Below, piece by piece: positions 1 to 9,782 of a stretch of 33,572 nucleotides of DNA (within the stretch, counting starts at the first letter, position 1; the number at the start of each line of letters is the position of its first letter). The notes under the pieces were generated by a model, which worked only from the letters and a program-made list of their open reading frames with translations, was not told the DNA's origin and searched no databases. The stretch covers positions 1 through 33,572 of the forward strand of contig CAXUWE010000011.1 of the NCBI GenBank assembly GCA_964255105.1. Reading direction: 5' to 3'. Both the position numbers and the translations under genes were made by a program. This DNA comes from Porpidia crustulata. Its lineage: Eukaryota.

Positions 1-16
1 ATTTCGGGGTGGGCGC

Positions 17-64
17 TGTCTCGTTTGAGGGTGTGTCTCGTTTGAGGGTAGACTATCTACGTTA
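17..64. mobile_element. Terminal inverted repeat (one end) of a Fot1/pogo-type Tc1-mariner DNA transposon or MITE, with TA target site
   Basis: On the minus strand it reads TA-ACGT-AGATAGTCT-ACCCTCAAACGAGACA-C-ACCCTCAAACGAGACA. That is TA (63-64), an ACGT terminus (59-62) and two perfect 16-bp direct repeats (17-32, 34-49) with a 17-bp period, the known layout of fungal Fot1/Pot2/Tan1-type TIRs. The element body would lie left of the window. Confidence 0.65.
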
Positions 65-521
65 GCTTAACCTCCAAAATCACTTCGACATCTCCAGTTT
101 GGCATTCAGTCGAAGGTTATTTTCCTTTCAAACTGTGTGTGAAAAGCAGATTGAAAAGCAAGTCATAAAGAAATGAGCTTGCCTCAATCGCCATTCGTCA
201 TTGCAGTCGGATAAGTCATCTGTGGTGGCTTCTCACGTGTCTATATGGTCTTTAGAGTACACTGAAGTATGTATGCCGAGATGGAAATGAAAGGACATGG
301 ACTAGGGGATATATCAAAGCTTAATCCAAGACAAATGGTACGCTACCAGCGATCTTTGCAAGCTTTACGAGTACCTGCATATTTCTGATCGTCTTCATAA
401 ATGGTTTCGAAATACACTAAATTCTGACTTGAATATTTCATATCCTCGAACTCGTTCAGAGCGATCCTGGCAAACGAAAACTACCCGCAGGCCCCCTTCC
501 AAATAATTGCTGAGCAAGTCG

Positions 522-2764
522 TTAGCCAGATACTTTACTGGGCGTGAAGTATGCGGCTTGATCCGTGACTAGTAGCCCGGCGATGCTTGCACTCGTCAAC
601 GTACTCAACGCACCCGCAATGAGTGCTGAAACCGCCAGCCTGCTCACGTCACCGCTGCGTCCAGGCGCGATCTGGGAGAGCACACCAATCTGTGTGCCGA
701 GGGAACCGATGTTGGCAAATCCACAGAGGGCGTATGTAGCAATGAGGCGTGAGCGGGGCGACAGGTCGGCATAGGCTGGGTCGGATTGAAGGGCAGTATA
801 GGCAACGAATTCGTTCTAAGGCATTGTCAGTCAAGATCACACAGAAGAAATGATGAGGGCTCACAGCTATTAGTTTCGTGCCGATCAACTGACCAACCTT
901 GAGGAGGTCTCCATTGCGGGGTACACCAAGGAGGAAGGCTATGGGGTAGCAAATGTAGCCGACAATGAGCTCCACAGTCAGGGGAGGATCGTTAATATTG
1001 AGATAGCGTCCCCACCACGTCAGCAGGCCATCTAGCAGTCCCAGAAGACTGATAATGCATAGGAGCGTGGCAAATATCATGCCCGCAATCTTGAGCCCTA
1101 GCCAAGCACCGTTGGCGAAGGCATGTAGAGCGTTGGCGGCTTTGTGCTCATCGTCATCAGGAATAACCACACGACCAGACGTAAGAGTTTCTTCGGTTTC
1201 GGGATAACGAAGCTTGCTAATCGCAAGACTTGCCGGAATGCTCATGATGCAGGAGGAGACTAAGGCTTGCCCGTTTACGCCGATGGAGATATAAGCTATC
1301 AAAACACTGCCAGCAATTGTGGCAAAGCCAGAGCACATGATCTGATGTAACTCTGCTTGGGTGAGATGGGCAACAAAGGGCTTAATCAAGATGGCTGATT
1401 CTCCCTGCCCAATAAATGGCGACGCGGCGGCAACGACAGCTTCTGCACCGGAAACTCTCATGGACCAGAAGAAAAATGTAGCGAATTTTCCGATGAACCA
1501 TTGTAGCGTTCCCCAGTAATATAGGAGCTGGATCAAGGCTACAAAGAAGATGACTGCCGGCAAGACACTGATAAGGAACCAATGAACGGTCGCTGGTATG
1601 GTCTTATCGGTGAGGAAAGCAGTCCCTTTATTCGCGAAGCCCAGTAAATCATTTGCAAGCTCTGAGATGAAGGCGAAAATGTTGACTAGATGAGCAATCA
1701 GTAAGGCCGGGCAAAATGGTGCAAGAAAAGTCTTACATCCTACACTAGACCTCAACACGAACAGAGCCACGATGAATTGCACAAACATGCCTACAATTAC
1801 TGTCCGCCAAACGACCAATTTTCGGTTCCTGGATGTCAACCACATCACGAAAATGATCACCGCCAGCCCGAAGAGGCTGACGGCACGGTTTGCACGTGTA
1901 TTATCTTGACTTTCAGGACTCGCGAAGCCCCCAATAAGCATGACAGCGACCACAAGGGCTGCACCGGCTGGGATTTGAAGCTTTTTGGGAATCAAAGCAG
2001 CAAATCTTACAGCGGTATTATTCCAGATAAGGTGCACTGGCTGCATGACAAGGCGCACAGGTACGTAGAAGGTAAGGAATCTGATCGTGATGGCGAGATA
2101 TAGCAGGAAGGGTTTGAGCCAGCCAGTGTTCGAGCTTAGCGTATCTTTGGAACCATGAAGTACAAGACCTGCAATCCACCAGCTTTAAGGGCGTCAGTCT
2201 CATTCCAAAGAACCAAATTCACCAGATCGATACGGCGCCATGCTAATAGACCACAGATGTAAAGCATCCTAAACAGCCATGCTTGCCTGCTGGTCAAACC
2301 TCTAAACATTATCGTAGAAATGAACGAGATGTAGAGACTAGCACTAACCCAGTGAAGAGCAGCCAGATGAACAAATGGACAAAAATACGATATTTGGCAT
2401 AGAAGGACGATAGAGTATGAGTTTGAGGGTCTTCTTCGGAACGGACTGGGCTCAGTGTACCCTTTTCAGCATCGACCGTCTCCGTTGCCATCTTCGTTTC
2501 GTTTCCAAGGTGTCTCCGGTGTAAATCGTGGTCTTGCGCGTCTTGGTGCGGGATTGTACTTTTCTCAGAGGTAGTATCCTTGGAGTAGACCACACCGTCT
2601 TCTCGGCCTTGTTCGGCACGGGCGCTGTGATGTAGATGGCCGTGATTGTGCTCGCGCGATATATCCAGCGCAGGGTCATTGTTGGGGACTACATGCTGCT
2701 GGACAGACGAGTTGTGGCCATGAGGGACGTCTGCAGTGACATCGACGTAGTCCGGGGCAGACAT
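522..2764 (-). CDS. cnt: Concentrative (H+/Na+) nucleoside transporter, CNT/SLC28 family
   Basis: Exons 2764-2349, 2182-1737, 1685-865, 815-522 with canonical GT..AG introns. Motifs WRTVIVGMFVQF, SGAEAVVAAASPFIGQGES, SGFATIAGS, MSIPASLAISKLRYPE, KLIANEFVAY and YALCGFANIGS are typical of CNT transporters. Confidence 0.95.
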
Positions 2765-3986
2765 ATTGAGCAAGCAGAAGGGCGATGAATTCCACACCTT
2801 GGAGGATGGTTTCGAGGTGATGCCAGAAGTCGGCACGACTAAATGATCCAAACCACGAGCAAGCTCTTTAAAGCCCAATTCCTAGTTGCATGCATTCGCA
2901 CCCTCGCTCTCGCTTGACAGCCGGCGATTGATAGCCAGATTCATACATCTTTCCAGTGTGTAGACCGGTACTGATGGTTTCATTGGCTGGCTCCGGAGGG
3001 GGACTGTCAGGCTGACACGCTGATAAGTGTCGTTCCTTATCAGCAAGGTTCCCGAACTTCTAGAAGCTTTGCGACGAAGGCTGGCCTGATAGGACAACGA
3101 CGGAGCCGAGGCGATGGCATGCAGCTCGGCTGAACATTGATGTTCCCATTGTCGCCACATATGCTTGAAGGATCGACACAGAGGCTTTTCGAACGTTTCA
3201 TCAGTAATAGCATGTACCGTAGTATGTAGCTGTCGAAATGACTTACCTGGGGTGCTAGGCACGCTAGGGTAGGCCCTGGTACGGAAGCCTTACTCGGAAC
3301 GGAGCTTATTGTGGAGAGCTTCCATAACTAGCTAGTTCGGTGCTTATCCGGCATGTGCCAGGCAAAAAAATCCATACCGCAAATCTCGATCGTCCGCTCA
3401 CGTCGTTAAATTTACTACTGCATCTGTAGAACACATCGTCTGAACGCTATAGAATTAAGCGACGATGAACGCAAAAAACAAGATTGAAACGACACGCTGT
3501 CAGATTTCTAGATTCGTCGAAAAATCTTCTTGAAGTAATCATTAAATCTGATAGATGTTGGTGGAAGTCGACTTTTGCGGTATGGATTTTCCTGCACCCC
3601 GCGTGCCCGGTCTTGGATATCGTTTTGGGTAAGTGCACCCGTTGCGGATGGGGCGTAAAACGCAATCTTGATAGACAGCGTGACAGCTCCAGTGGCTTGG
3701 CGTACGGATGTACTTTTTTAAGACTCTCAATTAGCAATAAATCCTTCTCCCTCTTATCAGGCGTCTCCATTCACGTACCATTGCTATTCCTGTCCGAGGG
3801 CCAAGCTGTGATTGGTCGACTATCAACTGGATAAATACATTTTCTATGTGCTCTCGTCGCATCCCCAGAACAGGTAAACAAGGTCGAGGGGATGGAACTC
3901 TTGCTGGAAGATATCTAGAGTCATGTCATCATAATTTCCGGTATACGTGATAGAGCAGAGATCGGAAAATAGATTAGTATCGCGTG

Positions 3987-5726
3987 ATGGCTTCCAATCC
4001 CCTCCTCGAATCCAGTGTGCCAGATTGGGAAGTGGAAGAAGGCTTACCCCAGTTCGGTGATCATTTCATCCAGCAGTATCTCCGAGGTCGTGAGGCGCTG
4101 ATTGAACAAGAAAAAGCCCAGCGAAGCGACTATGCGTTCCGTCAGACTCTCACTCCACTCGCCGCGGAAGCTTGCGCAATTGTTTCACGCATCAGAGCAG
4201 AAGAACAAGGTACCGTCTGGACTGGGGCTTTCGAGAATGATCTGGCCCAGCAAGAGGGAATTGATATTTATCCTGGGATGATGTTTGCACTCGCAAAAAA
4301 AAAGATGGAACAGACGAAGTCGTGGCAGATAGTAAGCAAGATGCCTAAAGGAGCGCTTCTACACGCCCATTATGACGCTATGATCGATGTCGACTGGCTC
4401 ATTGATCAACTCTTGACAACAGACGGAATGGCAATGGTGGCAACTCAAGCACTCACCAGTGCAGAATTAAGGCAAACCGCCTCGATTTCATTTCGATATT
4501 CAGGAGGTGTACCCAATGATATCGCTTCTATTTGGAGTGAAGCTTATCAAGCCAACAGACTGGTATCTGTGAAGCGGGCAGCAGACACATTCCCCAATGG
4601 TGGAAGACAAGGTTTTAAGGAATGGCTAGAGAATCGCTGTACCATCACGCAAGAGGAATCGTTGAAACATCATCATGGAGTCGATGCCATCTGGAAAAAA
4701 TTCCAGGATACGTTTCCAATACTAGGCTCAATGATATTTTACGAGCCAATATTTCGGCTTTCTGTCCAGCGTTTGTTACGCCAGCTCTCCGATGATGGTC
4801 TAAGGTGGGTAGATCTTCGAATTGCGTTCGTCTTTCAATATAGGCGAGCGAAGCACGCGGAGCCTGATGAGACCTACGATGAATTCTTCAATGTCTTCCG
4901 TGAAGAAGTTAAGAAATTTCAGAGTACAGAGGCTGGAAAGGGGTTCTGGGGCTGTCGCTTCATCTGGACCACGCTAAGAAGACTCCAGAAGAAGGAGATT
5001 GTGGAGAGCATGAAAACATGTATCGCAATGAAGAGCGCCCACCCAGACCTGATTTCTGGCTTTGACCTCGTGGGGCAAGAAGACATGGGCCGATCGCTCG
5101 CAGATCTGACACCTGAGTTATTCTGGTTTCGCAAACGATGTGTCGAGAATCAAGTGGATATTCCATTCTTCTTTCACGCGGGTGAGTGTTTAGGGGACGG
5201 TGATGAGACTGACGAGAACTTGTTTGATGCGATATTGCTCGGGACCCGCCGAATAGGGCACGGGTTTTCGCTTTACAAACACCCGTTGTTAGTAGAGATG
5301 GTGAAACAGAAGAAGATACTGATAGAGTCATGTCCAATCTCGAATGAGGTGTTACGCTTGACAAGTTCAATAAAATCCCACCCTCTACCAGCTCTCCTAG
5401 CCAAAGGGGTCACTGTGGCACTATGCAACGACGACCCTGTAGTTCTAGGACATGGAAAGAATGGGGTGACGCATGATTTCTGGCAGGCACTGCAGGGATG
5501 GGAGAACCTTGGCTTAGAGGGCCTCGGATCTCTTGCTGAGAACAGCGTGCGCTTTGCAGCATATACGCCAGACCAAAGTACCAAAGAATGGAATAAAGAC
5601 ATCAAAGATGGCATCTTCGGTGACGGAATCCGGGCTTCACGAATGAGGGAATGGAGTACGGAGTGGAACAAATTCTGCGAATGGATTGTGATGGAGTACG
5701 CTGCAGACTATGTTACGGAGGATTGA
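3987..5726 (+). CDS. Adenosine deaminase, ADA2/CECR1 (ADGF)-like, intronless, 579 aa
   Basis: Single ORF with amidohydrolase-fold motifs MPKGALLHAH, GFDLVGQED, FFHAGE, RRIGHG, ESCPISN and NDDP, plus an ADGF-type N-terminal extension. No evident signal peptide. Confidence 0.93.
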   Translation: MASNPLLESSVPDWEVEEGLPQFGDHFIQQYLRGREALIEQEKAQRSDYAFRQTLTPLAAEACAIVSRIRAEEQGTVWTGAFENDLAQQEGIDIYPGMMFALAKKKMEQTKSWQIVSKMPKGALLHAHYDAMIDVDWLIDQLLTTDGMAMVATQALTSAELRQTASISFRYSGGVPNDIASIWSEAYQANRLVSVKRAADTFPNGGRQGFKEWLENRCTITQEESLKHHHGVDAIWKKFQDTFPILGSMIFYEPIFRLSVQRLLRQLSDDGLRWVDLRIAFVFQYRRAKHAEPDETYDEFFNVFREEVKKFQSTEAGKGFWGCRFIWTTLRRLQKKEIVESMKTCIAMKSAHPDLISGFDLVGQEDMGRSLADLTPELFWFRKRCVENQVDIPFFFHAGECLGDGDETDENLFDAILLGTRRIGHGFSLYKHPLLVEMVKQKKILIESCPISNEVLRLTSSIKSHPLPALLAKGVTVALCNDDPVVLGHGKNGVTHDFWQALQGWENLGLEGLGSLAENSVRFAAYTPDQSTKEWNKDIKDGIFGDGIRASRMREWSTEWNKFCEWIVMEYAADYVTED

Positions 5727-5953
5727 ATATGACCAAATGAGCATAGTGATCCAAATTACAAAATATAAAACCCGGATTGAGATCATTTCGGCATGGAGTC
5801 TAAGCTGTCTTGGGGTGAGCTTCTCTGACTCTAACGGAACGGCAAAGTAGCTGGGATGGTTGTACCTTGAATCTTATGATTAAGAGAATATTAAGGGAAG
5901 ATCTGGGTACAGCGGCCAGATCTCGGAATAGGCGAAGATAAACTTGCTCATGA

Positions 5954-6089
5954 ACAATCCGCATGATTTATGTCATCATTTAAAGATGATGCTGCCGAAC
6001 TAACGGCTGAATTAGTACCCTTCATCAAAGAGTCAACTTTATTGTTTATGGCACAATCCGCATGACTTATACCAACATTTAAAGATGAT
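5954..6089. repeat. Imperfect 37-bp direct repeat, two copies with a 99-bp period
   Basis: 5954-5990 acaatccgcatgatttatgtcatcatttaaagatgat versus 6053-6089 acaatccgcatgacttataccaacatttaaagatgat; 33/37 identical. Confidence 0.85.
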
Positions 6090-6465
6090 TCAAATCAGGA
6101 CGGTACTGGTCAAACCGAGTTGAGATGCCGTCGACGGGATGAATAAGCCAGGAGCCGTTAAACTCAAGATACGTTTTTACTTAAGTCAGAAAAAGTCTGT
6201 GCTTTAAGATATTTCCTCATTCGTAATGATTTTATTTACTTAATCTCAGTCCAGGTGAAATGATAACCGTTTCCTGTCTATTTCGACGCCTTTTTCAGCG
6301 GCTTTTGCACTGGAACCCTCACACATACCCAATGTCCCTACTCAGTACCAACAATGCACTACTGCACGCAAGCGCTTCGTGCCTTTGAATTGTTTCTTAA
6401 AAATGGTACGTAAAATGGACTGCTTCGAGGATGTCTTTGCTGGATTCCTGCAGGGATTAGTTCGT

Positions 6466-7242
6466 TATCCTTGCTCATTTGCAGAACAGCACCATTGCAC
6501 TATCACATTCAGTTCCACAGCCAGTGCAAATCGACACAAAGCCAAGCATTCCGCTATTCGCTACCCTTGTCCATTGGCAGAACAGTAGCATTGTACACGG
6601 ACATTCGTATGCAAGGACTCTGCTCGTAAACACGGAAAAGCGCACGCTGAGTCCCACATTTGTTATCCTTGCCCATTGAAGGACCAGTATCAATGCACTC
6701 TAACGTTTTCTACAAAATGGGTTGCCCAGAATCACGCAGCTCAACATTCTGGTATCCGCCAGCCTTGCATGGTCGCAGACTATTACCAATGCTCTCAAAC
6801 TTTTGCTGATGTGGCTTCTGCTCGGTTGCACGCTCAAAGCCAACATTTAGGGATCCGCTTCCCCTGCCCTTTGGCCGATCGGTTTCAATGCTTCCTTCAA
6901 AATTTCCTATCACAAAAGGATGCTCGATTACATGCTGGATCCCAGCATCTCAATATTCGATTTCCTTGCCCTTTAGCAGATCAATTCCATTGCTCCCAAA
7001 CCTTCACTCGGAAGCGTGGTGCAAGCGCGCATGCTCGATGGAAGCACGCGGGCGTCGGCTATCCCTGTCCTTTGGCAGAACAGTTTCAATGTTCCCTAAC
7101 ATTTCGCAGAGAATCCGACGCTCGCAACCATATTAACGTGCACCAAGGAATATCTTATCCTTGTCCTGCGGCAGAAAAATATAACTGCTCTACAACATTC
7201 AGGTTGGAGTGCGAGGCTCGGAGGCATGTGCACAGGCGCCAT
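6466..7242 (+). repeat. Eight tandem ~32-33-aa zinc-finger repeats, C-X7-C-X12(13)-H-X3-4-H
   Basis: Units: YPCSFAEQHHC, YPCPLAEQ*HC, YPCPLKDQYQC, QPCMVADYYQC, FPCPLADRFQC, FPCPLADQFHC, YPCPLAEQFQC, YPCPAAEKYNC. Each is followed by xxTF (xxxNF in unit 5), then A..H...H. Two more divergent C-X4-C fingers follow, to ~7434. Confidence 0.9.
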
Positions 7243-7665
7243 CAAGCCAACTTTGGTTGCTGGCTTCTAGGGTGCATGGCACGCTTTGAAACATGTGTCC
7301 GCCTTCTTGTTCATGTAAATGAGCCTGAAAGCCACATGGAGAAGTTTCTTCTTTGTCCTGTTTCGACTTGTTCACTGGCAGTTTCTCAGACTCCGCTCCA
7401 AAAAAACAAGTCCCCCCGTCATTTTCGAAAACATCAGAAGAGAGGAGAGATGACGGGAGATGAGATCGTCCAGGAAATCAAGCCAGAACAAGCAAGTCGT
7501 TGCGATCTGTACGATGTTATCATTCGAGACTCCTACATAGACATGAATTGGACCGAAAACTTGAATGATAAAATTATAGGGGTGAGAGACTGCTCTTTGA
7601 AAGAGATCGCCGATGTTCTCTGTCTCCAAGACCGACACGTATCAGGAAATGGTACGAAGGATAGC

Positions 7666-7713
7666 TCCGAAGATGGCTCCGAAAATGGTTCCGAAGATGG
7701 TCCTGAAGACGGT
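7666..7713 (+). repeat. 12-bp coding minisatellite x4 (SEDG SENG SEDG PEDG) in the acidic linker
   Basis: tccgaagatggc tccgaaaatggt tccgaagatggt cctgaagacggt. Confidence 0.8.
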
Positions 7714-9782
7714 CTGGGCGATGAGCTAGTCAATGACTTGGAAGAGGGCCCAGACGACAACATGGAAGACGGGTTGAGCAACGACTCGGGGAGCGTTTCG
7801 AAAGAAGACTCAAACTTCAGCTTTGGGTATGTGCTTACTGCTCTGATAACTACCTAGGTACGATTCGCTAATCTTGAATAAGCAGTTCAACTTACGCTGG
7901 CAATGAAAATCCAAGTGACTCGAAAGCTGACTTCGTTTCTGACATTGTTCGCTCTCACTGGCAGGAAGCACGTCAGTTGACAGGAGAAAATCAGCATATC
8001 TTTGGCTCCATTCATTAGATGAAAAGATGCGCAAGTCAATCCTCGAGATGAATATCGAGTTCTGGTGTAAGAAATGTTCTATCTTCTCAGACTATTGGCT
8101 AATCTATTGAAGCTTGGAAACGTCAGAAGCAAAATCGACCTGCAAACATACGACTCGTCGGACTCAAGTGCATCGGCCCAATGCCATTGGAAGGAAAGAG
8201 AGTAGCGACAGAGGAAAATCACTGTCCTTTTCAAACCATTTTGGACCTTGACAATTCATACCTATACATGAGCACCTTAACCGAGAGCGATTCACACACC
8301 ATCAAGCTCAGCAAAAGATGCGTGTCTTGCTGGGCTCGTCATCGACTTACGGTGGTGTTGGCAACTCGACAACTCTTTGCTAGTGCAGAGGATCAACAGA
8401 GCACCTGCGCCAAGAATGGTTACTTTCAGACAGAATGGTCCGGCACTCGATACTGTTACCGTCATGCCGACGATGAGTTGGGCACAAATTGGCATTCAGT
8501 GCTACGATATGATCCGGCCCAAATCAGCTCTAAGTTCGGAGGTTGACAATTGCATTTCATATCAGTAGCTTCGAAACAGTGGACCAGTAGCGAAGACATT
8601 CAGCTTGCGATGTCTCGTGCCGCTGAAACTAGAGCAGGTCATCGACAAGGCACTGACTTGGTTATCTTGGATATTGAGTTCAACCGAACTGGTCAGGTTA
8701 AGGAGGTTGCTCTCATCGAGTACGTATCCGGACGGGTCGACACATTGGTCAAGCCCCAAGCACCTCCGGAGCTTTCTCAATTGAAATTAGCTCGGAGGAG
8801 AGGTTTCATCGATCACTTGTGGTCCAGGAAGCTCGATTCTTCTGGTACAAACACTGATCAAGATCTCGATGTCTGGGCTATCGCAAAGGCCCTTGAAGAT
8901 TCGGGAGTTACAAAAGATTCCGTGATTTTGGTCTGGCATTCAACGTATTACGATTTGACCTTGTTGGACAATTTCTTGGTATCTGCTGGAGCTAACTCGA
9001 CGCTGCCATCGAGGGCAAACTGTGTTCGCCTGGTGCCTCACGTCCGCGCGGATGTGCCTCCTCACAACGGGAAACCCTTCTCTGCGACTCTATCCATAAA
9101 TTCCCCATTCCATTTCCCCACCATGAATTGGTTGGGCGTAATCATCGAGCTTTAGTGGATTGTCAGCAAACCCGACTTATCATGACGGCGTTTGAAGAGT
9201 TCGCCAAACCAATCGGCATTCCTGGAAAGCTAGAATTTTCTGATATTAAACCCATTCAGTCAGCAGACTCTGGAGAAATGGTTGGTTGACCCAACTCTGG
9301 TCTCCCATCACCATGAAACCGAGAATCGGGCCGATAGACTGACATCTAACTAAATGGGAACGCTTTCATGTGTAGAGCGTGCAACTCAATGGAGAGGTTA
9401 GCACAGCTTTGACTCGTTTGAGTCCATGTCGAAGACCACCTTCGACTATGCACATGTCCTTCTCATATACCTATTCTCTCGCCGAAACTGTTCATGGAAG
9501 CAGCTTGTCACGTGTGAGCTTGTTTAGAACGAGAAGCCCCAACCAATATTGCATTTTGCTCCAATGCAGCAACGGTGACCTGATTTTCGCGCGGAAACAG
9601 ATGTGACTTTGAGAGCGCGATATGTGTTTACAAATCGATGAGAGCGTCGGGAGATAATATCGGTTGATGTGGAGAATACCTCAGCTAGGAAATGTATAAG
9701 TACAAGTTCTACATTTCAAGTTTCATCAAAACAAAGCGTGTTCTCATGCCATACTCAGATTGAAGACCAACTTACTCAAAGG

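Larger units (their letters stand above)
6403..9289 (+). pseudogene. Disrupted gene: tandem C2H2-like zinc-finger array, acidic linker, Cys/His domain and DEDDh 3'-5' exonuclease
   Basis: ORFs 6379 and 6676 share a frame across TAG 6586-6588. ORFs 8181 and 8550 share a frame across TGA 8544-8546. Plausible introns: 6406-6453, 7827-7885, 7915-7964 (weak GTGACT donor), 8067-8112. ExoI LVILDIEF (D at 8670), ExoII WHSTYYDL (D at 8952), and ExoIII NHRALVDC (9143-9160), which is reached only after a frameshift near 9095-9100; stop TGA 9287-9289. Confidence 0.75.

Noticed and set aside
3241..3251. ACTTACCTGG resembling the U1 snRNA 5' end
   Set aside because: No recognisable U1 stem-loops or Sm site follow; better explained as a minus-strand splice donor.
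17..6089. Direct repeats (17-49 and 5954-6089) as CRISPR-like arrays
   Set aside because: Only two copies each, no spacer series, no cas genes, and the DNA is eukaryotic.
3987..6588. Adjacent adenosine deaminase as the enzyme editing the TAG in the zinc-finger gene
   Set aside because: The enzyme is an amidohydrolase-fold free-nucleoside deaminase, not an ADAR/ADAT-type RNA deaminase.
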